DNA from: Eledone cirrhosa
Taxonomy: Eukaryota
Direction of reading: 5' to 3'
Length of the DNA stretch: 64,000 nt
Assembly (NCBI GenBank): GCA_964016885.1
Contig: OZ024741.1
Span: forward strand, 135,904,001 to 135,968,000
The translations under genes and the position numbers were made by a program. Below, piece by piece: positions 13,651 through 27,894 of the stretch. Within the stretch, counting starts at the first letter, position 1. Each line of letters begins with the position of its first letter. Under the pieces are notes generated by a model that ran no database searches, was not told the DNA's origin, and saw only the letters and a list, made by a program, of their open reading frames with translations.

Positions 13651-15279
13651 CTTGTCTGTGTCTAATAGAATAATAGAATTAATATTCTCTTTCCTCAATA
13701 CCCTAAAGTCTACATTGTCAATGTTTGAATTACAAAAAGAGACTTTACTAAAATCCCTCCAAACGAACTCATTACGGTACATTCTAATCTAACTTGATGC
13801 TTGATCAAAGCATAATTCTAAATGAAGCGGTAAATCTGTATTTCAACGGATTATCTTAATCTGTTGTTTTTGAAGACAGATGCTGTAAGTACTTTAGGAT
13901 TAATATATAAGATTTCTTCCTATTATAAATACAATGTAACATAGGAACAATTTATCCGATTTAGCTAGCTTCTTTGTTTCTATGTACAACAGTAATATCA
14001 TATCAGTATTTGCAGACGATAAGGAAAATCTACAATATCATCACTAAACAACGCAATATATTAACGAATAATATTTCTCTATATGGATAGCGAAATTGGA
14101 TGAATCTGCTTCAAAAGGAAATGTAGATGCAAACTAAAACAAATCATTGCAAACATCTGTTGTATATTACACTAATATTTGAGCATACTTGAGACTCACA
14201 TGAAATACAACAGATAAATGATTACAATATAAACCAGAGAGAGTGTTGAAATATTATAAGATTTAGAATGCAATTGTTCGAAAGTTCACATAATATGCAG
14301 TAGTATTTACTTGCTATCCATTGGTCTAAAATTCTACAGGAAAGCGATCGATAACCAAATCCCTGCATACCTAATCTGTTAATACGGAAATGATGTTATC
14401 CTCAAAACAAAGTGTACAAAGTAAATTATAAACTAGATCGTTAAAATTCCTCACACTTCACAAGCAATATCTATTTGTGTTCAAAGAGGGAGAATATTTG
14501 CCAAATATACAATAAATTGAAAGAATAAAGACAAGTATGTATGAGTAATACATATGACAAATATCGGTTAAAGTTCTCTTGCGTATTAAATAATATTCTC
14601 AAAATAACTTGATATCGCAGATATGTTATATTGACAGTTATGCACAGTTCTCTACCTCTCTCTTTCACATCGTAACAATTTGTTATCCGATTACATTGAT
14701 GCATATTTTTAATAAAAGAATTATATGGAATATTCTTACAGTTCTCAACAAAATAAGCCCACCATGCCATCGATGGACTCATAACTCATGATTGATTCGT
14801 ATTTGGGGGTATGGTCTTGACGGCTGGCGTATCTTGGTCATGTTAACATCTCTAAGTCTGAAAACAGCCGGTTACCTGAAGAGGGGGGAAGAAAGAAAAT
14901 TGGAGAGCAGGAGGAGGTTTGAGGAAAAAGAGAAAATACGACAATTTAGGAAGGGAAAAATGACCTAGTACTTTATTTATCGAACATAAAATTTACCTCT
15001 GCATGATCTGAATTCAGAACCCATAGGACCGGGATGAATATCGCATAACAGTACATGTTACGCCTCTAACGACTCCGCTAATTCCCACTATTGACAACTT
15101 CCTAAATATCAATAAACATCCATCGCCGCCTCTGAAGTATATTATAATTAATAAATCTCTACCAACTATACTCAACTATTAATTAATTTCCAAATAGACT
15201 GAAATGTTTATTTAATGCCAATTATACTTCACGTTTCTTTTACTGCTACACAAACATTCGTGAATGTGCGTATATTTGT

Positions 15280-15570
15280 TTTGTTCATGATTGTAAGGTC
15301 CCGAATTTGATTAATGATGTGGGTTATGTTCTTGAGCAAGACATTTATTTCACGATGCCTTATCTCACTCAGCTGGAAATATAAGAGTCGAACCTGTAAT
15401 TCAACGGATCAGACTTGATACACATTCTGTAACGTTGATACTTCCCGAAAATTACATTAAGGGTACACGTGTCTGTTGAATGCTTATATACATCCATGTT
15501 AATTTCATGAGCCGAGTATTACATTAATGAAACAATTGGAACACTCATTGTCTGAACCGACGAAGGTCCT
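15280..15570 (+). mobile_element. Diverged SINE family B (related relics ~3720-4090 minus and ~24650-24960)
   Basis: tRNA-like head, TGTTCTTGAGCAAGACATTTATTTCAC core, then AAGGGTACACGTGTCTG shared with 3809-3825 in reverse. Confidence 0.55.
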
Positions 15571-16329
15571 ATGTACACACACACATACACACGCGCGCAG
15601 ACAGGCACAGACAGACAGCCAGACCGACACACACATAGACAAACATACAGGGACACGCACATACAGATAGACACACAGACACACACATACATGTCAGGTA
15701 TATATCTCCCATAACAGAATAGCTACACCATCTTCTTAGATGGAATATACATTGTACAAAAATTGTCGTCGTGACTGCGTCCTTGCTTCCACCATATTTC
15801 TCTACTAGAATAATCGTCGTCGTAGTAGACGTAGATCCAATAGATATAACATAATTTTAGAAGATAAATTAATTCAGTGTATTGAACATGCTTTCATAAA
15901 TAGTAAAAATTACTACTTACATGAAGATACTGTCTTGGAACGTGATCGAAAGCATGCAGGTCTACTTATTTAATCATCGAGTAAAATAAATGATCTAGAA
16001 ATAAGCCCCTTCTAAGAATAAACAATGGCTGGTAAGACTAACGTTAAGATTTCAGCTCATTGGCACAAAAGATGCGAGTGCTAATCCGAATTCTCAGAGG
16101 ATGACGCTTTCAGCTTGGCAGAACTTCTACGATTCGTCCTTTATTGTTACAGAAAGGAACATGAAAAGAGGAATGCGATTACCACTTGAGATTTACAGCG
16201 GAAAATAATGGTCATTGTTTACAATGTGTCATTGTAGAATAAAGTTGAATAAAGAAAAGAAACGATGGATGAATTAAAACTCTTCTTCGTAGCAGAGAGA
16301 CTTTAATCATAACTAACAAACGAAATAAT

Positions 16330-16365
<36 letters not shown>

Positions 16366-16724
16366 CGTGCGTGTGTGTATGTGTGTGTTTGTGTGTGTGC
16401 GTGTGTATGTGTGTGTGTGTGTATAGTAATAATGATAAATATAAGATCTTTTCTTTTCTGAATGATATTACGTACATACATACATACATATATACATAGA
16501 CACACATATATATAGGAAATATTGTCATCGCTGTATCAAGTACTGTGCTGCGATTAATTATGTACATAAGATATTATTCTCTCATTAATTGAAAAAAAAA
16601 AAAATATATATATATATAAAGAGAGAGAGAGAGAGAGAGATAAGTTATCCCGAGTTCAATCGGGGGTGACTACAGTAAGTAAGGGATCCAATACAAAGCA
16701 GAGTATACATGTTTAATATAGAAA

Positions 16725-16775
16725 AGCTTCTACAGGACTAGAACTGTTTCATTCGTGAGAAATCATCAGGAAGCT
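16725..16775 (-). ncRNA. Type I hammerhead ribozyme motif (family with copies at 5252-5302 and 20140-20190)
   Basis: AGCUUC CUGAUGA U-UUC-UCAC-GAA-U GAA ACAG-UUCUAGUC-CUGU A^ GAAGCU. Confidence 0.7.
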
Positions 16776-16792
16776 GATATATATATATATAG

Positions 16793-16888
<96 letters not shown>

Positions 16889-17014
16889 CTGTGTCTGTGT
16901 CTCTGTGTGTATGCGTATTTGTTTTACACTATTCTTGGTGTGAAATCGTGTGTTGGAACAGCTACTGATATGCTTTTGGATGGTCTCGTTGCCAATGAAA
17001 ACAAGCATAGCAAT

Positions 17015-17090
<76 letters not shown>

Positions 17091-17273
17091 TGAGAGACAC
17101 CCGCACATTTTATTCCGGGCTTCTGTTTAAATACTTTTGATATCAATTTGCCTTTTATCATTTAGAGGTAGATAAATAAAGTAGCAGACAAGTACAGGAA
17201 GTCATCGATTCCTCCGATATCTCATTTCTCTGTCACTCCCTCTCCTTCTCTCTTACCCACTATATATATATAT

Positions 17274-18384
17274 TAGGGTGGCCCTTAGCAATAGTTAATT
17301 TTTTGCGAAATTTAAAATGTTGCTGCTCCCACCCCCAACCCTGTTTCAATTAGCAAAAACATTAGGTGTGCAAAGTTTCAGCTCAATGGGATTACTGTTA
17401 GGCGACCTCAAACACCTTGAAGTTGGAACATAGTATACGCAACGATTAATTCTGTTCAAAAGCTGTATACTGTTCCGTATCTCGACCATCTTCTTTTATC
17501 TTCTGGGGGAAATTTATGTGGACACATCCAGGCAACACCAGCAAATGTTTAAAAACGTTCTGAATCAAATTTACCAATTTCAAAAATTCCTGAAATTACT
17601 GAAATAACATAAAAAACTTAAGAAATATTAGCTTTTCTATAAGAGAAACGGATTTTTATTTACAACAATAATTTCTATAGAATCAGAAACATAATGTGAA
17701 CACTGAACACTGAATATTGAAAATGATTTTTGCATAAGAGAGGATTTATTGGCAGTTGGGTATGTTTTACAGTTTTCGGTAACGATCTGTAAAACAAATT
17801 GTTTCTCAGTTTCATCTTTTGTGAGAATGTTATTGTAATCCTGAATGTGTTTGACACCTCTTTCTGCAATATCATTCACAACAACTGTCTTCTCAAGTTT
17901 TTCAAGTCCACTTTTGTAACCAGGATCTTTTTCCTTTCTACTATTTGTTTATATATATATTACTCAATACCGAGTACTTATTTCTCTCAGCCGTCAACCA
18001 CAGGCGGATATATGTATATTAGGTAGTTTTCTGAAAGTTAAAATATTGCTGCTCCCACAGCGAAAAAGAGGTGTTTGCCCTATATCTGCGCTCTGCAAGC
18101 TTTGAAAGTTGCCATCCCCATTATATTTATTGTCAATTATCCTTCTAATACCAAGAATAAGTCTGAACAAGTTTTCACTTTAAGAGAAATTGTATAAGAG
18201 ATAGAAAATTCGTATCTGAAAAAATGACTTTCCGGGCGAAAACTTCAAAATTTCACGGTCGATGATGGTCGCCTTACAGTTGTCCGCTTGAGTTAAAATG
18301 TTGCATTAATTCTTTTGTTAATTAGAACAAGATATGGGGATGGGAGCTAAACTTTTAAAAAGTTGAAAAATAAGGGCGACCCTA
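17274..18384 (-). mobile_element. hAT-superfamily (hATm-like) DNA transposon, internally deleted
   Basis: TIRs TAGGGTGGCCCTTA (17274) and TAAGGGCGACCCTA (ends 18384), with ~150-bp imperfect subterminal inverted repeats. The flanks are compatible with an 8-bp ATATATAT TSD, which is uninformative inside (TA)n. Retains a transposase C-terminal fragment. Confidence 0.8.
17720..17935 (-). pseudogene. hATm-type transposase C-terminal fragment
   Basis: KDPGYKSGLEKLEKTVVVNDIAERGVKHIQDYNNILTKDETEKQFVLQIV matches the VVNDxAERGVKL / LTKDEEQKQ C-terminal signature as I recall it for hATm-like transposases. Confidence 0.72.
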
Positions 18385-18417
18385 ATATATATATATATGT
18401 ATATATATTAAAGGTTT

Positions 18418-18815
18418 TTAATTAAACATACGGTATATTGCCAAATATACTATACATACATTCATGTATATATCGCTATTTCAGAGCACCAATCCTAATT
18501 CCTAATTTTTGCTGGACCGGCAATCGCTCTGTATAATCAGCTCCTGATTATTACTGGAATTCTATAAGAATCCAGCTTCTATAATTTTCGGTGGAAGCAG
18601 GGGAATGCGTGGTTCTGATGAACGCCAACCAGCGTGAAACAGACTGTCAACCTCTCTCCCTTCTTTCGCCGAATATAAGTAAGTGACATAGTCACTACTT
18701 TAAAACTGATAGCGTATGGTCTTCTAAATATTATTAATTAAACATACGGTATATTGCCAAATATACTATACATACATTCATGTATACATCGCTATTTCAG
18801 AGCACCATCCTAATT

Positions 18816-18817
<2 letters not shown>
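18418..18817 (+). mobile_element. Retrozyme-like / Penelope pLTR-like element: 316-nt monomer plus ~85-nt terminal redundancy
   Basis: 18418-18502 is repeated at 18734-18817 (offset 316, 1 substitution and 1 indel). The HHR is internal, (TA)n lies on both sides, and there is no ORF. Confidence 0.65.
18611..18652 (+). ncRNA. Type I hammerhead ribozyme, canonical core
   Basis: GGUU [stem I] CUGAUGA ACGC-CAACCA-GCGU [stem II] GAA ACAG-A-CUGU [stem III] C^ AACC. GUC cleavage triplet, predicted cut after 18648. Confidence 0.82.
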
Positions 18818-18907
<90 letters not shown>

Positions 18908-19976
18908 AACAGGGAGCGCTCAGGACAAATAAGATGGAAGAAAACCCGGAAAGACAGACAGTTCTATTACATCAGTCAACCTCTGAAAATCACTACGGTT
19001 TCGGTTAATTTGGGTCGATACAATTCAAAACAGGCAGACTAATCATGCCTTTAGCCAAATTACACGAATATTGAGTGCGCAAGGGCTTAGCCAAAGGAGA
19101 AAAGTAAAGAAAGGAGAGAAATAATAAAGTAGAAGAGAATAATGACTGTAGTCTAAAGTGCAGGCAAATACGGACACTGAGGTGTTGAAAAGGTAAGAAG
19201 GGAGAACACAGAAAAACTGACTGTTGGTGTGATGTCTATTATATTATATGTATATGATGTCTATTATATGTTATATATAGTTAGAGAGAGGGGGAGAGAA
19301 AGATAGAGAGAGGGGGGAGAGAGAGAAAGAAAGAGAGAGAGAGAGAGAGGGGAGAGAGAGATAAATAGAGAGAGAAAAATGAGATATCAGTGAAATCGGC
19401 TTCCAGTACTTGTCTGGTACTTTATTTATGGAGCGCTAAAGAATAAAAGGCAAATTTGACATCGAACGTATTTGAAAGTAAAACGTAGAAACCAGGAACA
19501 AATACTGCAATCTATATATCATCCTAACGACATTGCCAGTTGGTCGCATGTATTGTCTTGTCATTCTCCTATTTCACCATCTAGACTATATAGCAAAACG
19601 AATAAATAAATCAATTAAAATTACATAATTTTATGTAAATTACACTATAGCAATATAATTTATTAGATTCGCAGGTTGAAAGATTTAGACTATTTACCAA
19701 GCTTATCCCAGACGTTATATATTTCCGGTTATCAATAAATACAATACCATTTGATCTTGGCTAACTGAACCGATACAACGAACCACAAACAATTCGGAAA
19801 TCCCAATCTATCGGTTGTCAGCACAAGGAAACTCAATATAAATGTTGTTTAACACATAAATTATTCCATTATAGAAATTATTGTATTTGGAGTATATAAA
19901 GATGGTTGAATATTTCAATTTAAACGATCATTAAAATATAATAAAACCAACTATATACAAGTTTATGTGTATTTAG

Positions 19977-20073
<97 letters not shown>

Positions 20074-20093
20074 TACGTATTTAGTGTATAAAT

Positions 20094-20200
20094 ATTTAAT
20101 ATAGAAATGGTTTCTACAGGACTAGAAATCACCAGGAAAGCTTTCCTGATGATTTCCTCCGATTGGAACAGTTCTAGTCCTGTAGAGGCCATTTCTATCT

Positions 20201-20205
<5 letters not shown>
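20094..20205. repeat. Fold-back pair of the 16725 HHR family
   Basis: ATAGAAATGGTTTCTACAGGACTAGAA ... TTCTAGTCCTGTAGAGGCCATTTCTAT. The plus-strand copy has CUGAUGA but GGAA instead of GAAA, and the minus copy is internally deleted. Confidence 0.65.
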
Positions 20206-20245
<40 letters not shown>

Positions 20246-20804
20246 CTTAGAGTATGGTCATGTTGCCAGTATTGCAATAATAAATGCACACACACGCACA
20301 CATGTAACACACATACACGCAGACACACACACTCACACACAAACGCACGCACACACACACACACATATATATATATAATATGAGCGTTTTTATTTAGGGT
20401 TAATGAGACATATCTAATATATTTTAACTATATTATTGTTATTATTTTTATTATTATCATTATTATTATTAGCAACATTGTTAGTGCGTTTGACAATATT
20501 ACTTGCGATATTTAATCCGGATTTTGATGTTCTGAGTCCAAATATTGCATTTTGGTGACCCAACGACGTTGATCAAACCGCAACATGTATCGAAGTAACA
20601 TACATACTATTGGTCCCACCACCCACTTCTCTGGAGCTATAGCCATATAGATACTCTTTCTGTTGCTACCACACTGCTTTTGGTGACACTCTTCCTGGTG
20701 CTTACCCAGGATTCCATTTGCTTATGTATGCGTGAACGTGAACATTCGACTACCTCTCTCCTCTGGGTTTTTGTTATGGTAATACTAATAACTATTACTA
20801 ATAC

Positions 20805-20995
20805 TGGCACATATCCATGAATTCGGGGGAGAGTAAAGTTGATTATATCAACCCCAGTACTTAAATATCGTCCCTAGAATGATGAAATGCAAAGTTGACC
20901 TAGGTGGGATTTAAGCTCGGAATGTAAAACATCGTAATGTAATACTGCAAACATTTTGTCCAATGCTCTACCAGTACTGCCTATTCAACGCCTTA
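20805..20995 (-). mobile_element. Older diverged relative of SINE family A (similar relics ~14960-15085, 19400-19550, 25040-25190, 25410-25520, 59490-59580)
   Basis: GATGAAATGCAAAGTTGACCTAGGTGGGATTTAAGCTC resembles the family A core and B box with many substitutions. Confidence 0.6.
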
Positions 20996-22299
20996 TATGG
21001 CAATAGTAATAATTGCCAAAGATAATTCCATATCACCCAGACGAAAATCTACTAAAACTAGAATATAACATTCATAGTGAGATATACAAATGTAACTTTT
21101 TTTTAGGAATACTTGCATCATATTTCTTTCTATCACAGATGCATCACAGATAAAAAGAACCCCTACGTGGTTTCATTCAGAATGTAACAGGATGGAGATA
21201 TCTATATATCACAATACATTAAATCTACTGTCTACCATTTCACAATTTCTGTTCCCTGTCAGCATAGTGTCCTATTGCGAACGATACCATAAAGTATAAA
21301 CTATAAAGAGATGGCCAAACAGAAGTGCTTTATCAGTAGCAGTATTGATGGATTAATCGTAGTAAACCAAATGATAAGAGGAGAAGCATATAGCTACTTC
21401 TTTAAATATCAATGAAACAAAATCTGCAGCTTCTTTGCAGGTAGACGCCCTCTAGCAGAGAAGAACCTATTCACCATCACAATTATAACCCTATCAGCGT
21501 AAAACAACGTGTGCATTCAAACATCAATCATTTCTATACGCCTTCAACCTATGCTGAAAAGAAAAACAATTACATGAAAGGAAATAAGAACTGCTATTTT
21601 ACCGTAGAGAATGCTAACCCACCACTTGAAAGGAAAAATGCAGTAATTCAAAACCAATCATACCATAAATACATTAAATTCGTGAAACCCTATCTCAGAA
21701 AAAAGATGGAGCATATTTTAAACGCCTTGACAAGGCATCAGCAGCCTTTACTTTGAGCAAAAGCTTAAGCCTTATCGATAATTGCATTTTTTTTACATAC
21801 CTTCAGCTGAAACGAAGTTGTGAGGCACTTAGCAAGCAAAACAATAAAGACGAGAAATGGTTTATAAAGTATTTGGAGGAATACTGGGACATGTCTTAAG
21901 TTCTAGCAGGGTTAAATCATTCATGTTTTGCCAAGCAGTTGACAATTAAATCAAATAATGTACAAATATGTGATTTAATCAAGTAAAAGAGAAATAAACG
22001 TGAGCAACATTTTGAGACTAAACTATTTCTCGAAGACACAACATGTTCTTTTTTTGAAAGGATAACATTTTTAATTCCATATAATACCGAACGAAATTGT
22101 ATTTCTAAACTCTTGGATCACATGATATAACACTGCATCGTAATTGAGAATTATAATGGCTGATTGATAGATTAAAATTTTGTTTTTAAACTAAACATAT
22201 AAACGAAGGCAAACTGTATCATATCAATAAATGTATCTTTATTTGTGAGTTTTCTAGCATATGTTCTGGACCTTTTTCAACATTCTGGTAAATAAACGT

Positions 22300-22740
22300 A
22301 GCAAATATATCACACCGTCGCATTTCTGACGCTCCCATTAGTCGGACATGTAAAGAGTCACAATGAGCCTGTTGGCAGATTTCATTTATGGAAATCTGAT
22401 GTGTGCAGGTGAGTTTGGAGACCAACCATCACACTGAAGGATGTTCTTGACGATGACACCGGTTGGGAGACAGGGGAAATTGAGAGGGCAATGCAGGTCA
22501 GGGTTAGGTGGAGGAGGAACTTCGTCTTGGCTCCGGTAACGGATGTAAAGAAGAAGAAGAAGAAGAAGAAGAAGAAGAAGAAGAAGAAGAAGAAGAAGAA
22601 GAAGAAGAAGAAGAAGAAGAAGAAGAAGAAGAAGAAGAAGAAGAAGAAGAAGAAGAAGAAGAAGAAGAAGAAGAAGAAGAAGAAGAAGAAGAAGAAGAAG
22701 AAGAAGAAGAAGAAGAAGATGATGAAGATGATGATGATTT
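22300..22740 (+). pseudogene. RTE-clade LINE 3' end with (GAA)n tail
   Basis: LVGHVKSHNEP...RPTITLKDVLDDDTGWETGEIERAMQVRVRWR resembles the RTE ORF C-terminus. Followed by (GAA)n at 22548-22719. Confidence 0.65.
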
Positions 22741-23224
22741 ATATTAGTGCAAGATTTCAGTTTCCGCAAATAGGGGAGGCCTTATATACAGGTGTCTCGA
22801 ATTTTAATCACATATTTAATCCATCAATAGTTGTTTGGTAAAGTAATCTCTTGTTTGACACACAGTTCCTGAAGGTTATGAGGATCCTATAATAAAACAA
22901 TATCTTGTAAAACGACTGAGTTCGGTGCAGTTGGTTGGCAACGAAACCATTGATTAAATTGACATTACATTGGTATATATAAATATATTTCCCATAGGTC
23001 ATACTATCTTAATCCCCCAATCTATTTTCCCTATAGTATGTCATATTAAATATCGTTACCATTAATCTCTATCACTTTTATAATAAGAACATAAAAGATA
23101 CTACCTTTACTTCATGGTATGTAGGTGGAGGTGGGTAATCAATAATTCTTCCTTTGATTGAATGATATTGACAATATTGAGACTTCAATACGTTTCCTCG
23201 AAAAGGGGAGGGGTAAATCGATAT

Positions 23225-23261
<37 letters not shown>

Positions 23262-23389
23262 TGCTGTGTGTGTGTGTGTGCGTCTGTGTACATATACATA
23301 CACACATAAACATGCACACACACCATAGAGATGAATACCACATACACACATACATTCACACACACACACACACGCATACATATATACAT

Positions 23390-23970
<581 letters not shown>

Positions 23971-25725
23971 AATACATTGAAAAGATGTGAGAGTCAGAAA
24001 GATGTAAAGTGCCCAGAAGAAAGAAAGAGAGAAACGTGCAGAGGATAAATACATAAGGAGGGGGAAGTGCACAAACACTGAGGAATATACATCAATGTGT
24101 TTACTTAGTTTCACTTCAACACGCCATTCACACACACACGCACACACACACATGCACATACACACACATGCACATACACACACATGCACATACACACACG
24201 CAAAGGAAGTCTTTTAATATTTATTCAAATGGACGCTGTTATATGAGAAAGTAATATTCTACTGTATAAGAAAAACATTTTCAGTGAAATAAAATTGTCG
24301 CAAATAATGAGCAATCATTGAATTTATTGCTATTGGCTGCACATACACACACACACACACACATACACACACACAAGCAACACACACACATACACACGCA
24401 CCCCACACATACATATATATATATATATAATGTGTGTATGTAGTGTGTATGTATATATATATGTATGTATGTGTGTGTGTGTGTATATATATATGTAATA
24501 TGTGTGTATATATTATTAAGATAACAGTTTTGCGAGTATATTGTTATACTCCCCAAGTATAACAATATATATATATACGTATGTATATATTGCACACCAT
24601 TTACCAGAGTTGTCAATAGTTGACTGGCCATACCATTCGAAGGCGCGTCATGTTGTCATTGACCGAACAGATTACTCATGAAATCGATGTGAAAATCCCT
24701 AAGCATAGCATCTCTAAGTGTCAAAGTGTCATTTGTCATTCCTCGGGATTCCTTGTGTGATTATCTGTGTTGACGGAAATTGATTCGAAGCCCGTACGAT
24801 AGGTTGCACCTCTCATTCAAAAACCTAGCCTTATCCCTCGTGCAGCACATTAAATCTACCAGAGCGACATACGTTCGTTATAAGCTCAGCCACTTGCATT
24901 TTAATTTCAGGGTGAATAATTCTGTTGATTGAAAAGCTGGATCCATTGTCATCGAAACTTATGGGGCTCCATTTTCTTTCCATCTACTTAATATAATTTT
25001 AACTTATATTAGAAGAAGACTAGAAATTTGAGGATGGGAAGAGGCATAGTGGATTGCACTTTATTTTATCAACCCTCTAATGATGGATTGCAAAGTTGAT
25101 TTTCGTAATATTTAAACTCAGAACAGAAAGTGTTTGAGGAAACACTGCCACATATTTTGTCTAACGCTGTAACGATTAGGCAAATCCAACACATTCAGGT
25201 TGATAACACAAATCTACAGTTATCACGTAGTAGTATCGCTATAGTTTTTCTAGATGCCCATTTACACTTGAATAGACACTGACACATTCTCGACACTAAC
25301 TGCTTTAACCAGGTAGAACTATGGTGTGACAATGGGAAGGGGGAGTGAGAAAGATAGATAAAGAGGGAGAGGGGCAGAGAGAGAGAGAGAGACCTATATT
25401 TTATATTATATATCGACCTGGAAAAGAAGAAAGGCAAAGTGGATCGCGGTGGGATTTGAACTTAAAACACACAGACACTTAATAAATATCTAGCGTTCTA
25501 ACGACTATTCCAAATCGTTTGTCTTATATGATAACACAATAGAAGTTAGTTAAAATAGTATAACACTTTGTTCATAAATGTTTTGTCAAACCTGTGAAAA
25601 TATTTCAGAACTCTCGTAAAGTTCAATATCTACCGCCGGGTCTAAAGTTTTGTGTAAATTTAAAATCATCTCTAATGACCATCAAATGAACACTAAATTA
25701 CAGAATAGCTAAATAAAAAACAGCG

Positions 25726-25870
<145 letters not shown>

Positions 25871-26744
25871 CTAGTGTGTGTGTATGCATATACACCAGCT
25901 TATATATGTATATATGCATTTATATACATATATATATATATGAATTATATGTATGTATATATATATATACATACACATAATTCAAACATATTTTTCACCG
26001 TTTGAAGTAATGAATTAATTTATAGTTTAACATGATCTTTGATGATTCACTTTAATGTTTGTAATCAATTATTTCAATTAAAATCTTCATATTTCATCAA
26101 CGTGTATGGTAGCTTGGTCTAATTTAAAATAATTCAAAATCTATTTGAAATGATAATAGTTCAAAATATCATTCTACATCATTTTTCAAAATTTATTATT
26201 CAGGTCATGAAGAAAACGATGAACGACATTTGGTCAATCACAACGATAAATTAATTAGTTGATTCTATGTAGTCAGGAATGCACCAAACAGCCTGGGCTG
26301 GCGCTAAAATTAAGTCCAACTAGACAGCTGCCAAGAACACAGAGCGAGTGAAAAGCATTACAGAATCTTCAAAGATAGTAATTTAAAACAAATTTATACC
26401 ATTATATAAGTATAATAGTTTCTTGCGATAAATAAATATGTATGTCACTAAACATCACCATATTCAAATATAGGAGAGAATCGTATTGTTTTATGAAATG
26501 TGAAATGTCGCCGATTAGGCGTCGGGGGATGTGGGTTGTGTAGTAGAAAATGCAGGCTGAGTAATTTTCTTAATGTTTTCAAAACAAGAAGTGTCAAAAA
26601 CTATATTTTTCAGCTTACGAAACAGTAAGATCAAATATTTGGGGAGAAGGGACTACCCATTGGAGAATACATCTAATGGCGTCAAACACCCATGCACAAA
26701 CACAGTAACCAGAATATAAAATGCAAGACTATTTGATGAAAATA

Positions 26745-26935
26745 ATAATTGTTTCTACTTTTGGCACAAGACCACCAATTACCCAGTGTATTACTGGTAC
26801 TTTATTTTATCGACCCCGTAAGGATGAAAGGCAAAGTTAACATCGGCGGGATTTGAACTCAGAATGGCAAGGGCCGTAACTCAATGCGTCAAAGCATGGC
26901 GTCCGATCCTCTACCGATACTGCCAATCCACCGCC
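26745..26935 (-). mobile_element. SINE family A, full length with TSD
   Basis: Reverse complement of the family consensus. 17-bp TSD TTGATGAAAATAATAAT at 26733-26749 and 26937-26953. Confidence 0.9.
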
Positions 26936-27417
26936 CTTGATGAAAATAATAATGAAATAATATGATATATAATGCTTTTTAATTTAGAGATAAGACCAGC
27001 ACTTTGTGGGGAATGTAATGTTGATTAACTCTAGTTGATTGCTACAATATTTTAACGAAACTGATTAAATGCAATCTTCGATAATAGAAACTAAAGTGTG
27101 ATGCGTGTCCGATGCTCCAACGATTCAACCAATCTACCTCCCTCAATATGCCACATAATGCTATCCTTTTTAGGCTTTATCAGCTGCCTCATGTCATTGC
27201 AATGTCGTGAGGATGCTTTCACTATTTAAACCACGAGTATCCCATACTTGCAAGATTTGAAAGCGACTGATCCAAAGAGAGGGGAAAGAATGAGAGATAG
27301 AGTGAGAGGTAGGTGCTTACAATGGTCATACAACTCCTCCATGCACCTGTAGAATATGGTCGTAGAAACTAGGTGAAATATATAAAGGTGAGCATCATAT
27401 TAATTTATTAAAGCAAA

Positions 27418-27460
<43 letters not shown>

Positions 27461-27508
27461 TATAGATAGGTAAATATACACGGGTGTGTATGATTGTGTA
27501 TAGAAGAT

Positions 27509-27894
27509 TATATTAATAAGAGGAATTCCAACTTTGTCTGATTTACTCGTTTTATTTACAATCCTTTAAAATATATATAATGGTATTATAATGAAATAGT
27601 ATGATAGAATATTAAATTCTAAGTGTTAATTGAACAAGTACTTTCATGCTTTCGCAATCTTCAGGTTCATGATATGTGGTGACAGTCGAGTTTGCAATTT
27701 TCAACTGTGAAAATTGCAAACTCGACTGTCACCACATATCATGAACCTGAAGATTGCGAAAGCATGAAAGTACTTGTTCAATTAACACTTAGAATTTAAT
27801 ATTCTATCATACTATTTCATTATAATACCATTATATATATTTTAAAGGATTGTAAATAAAACGAGTAAATCAGACAAAGTTGGAATTCCTCTTA

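Noticed and set aside
21200-22000. Possible decayed Penelope ORF N-terminus (also 2100-2560)
   Set aside because: Only vague similarity by eye, with many stops. Needs a tBLASTn or HMM search.
22386-22841. Poly-K, poly-E and poly-L ORFs
   Set aside because: Translations of the (GAA)n LINE tail.
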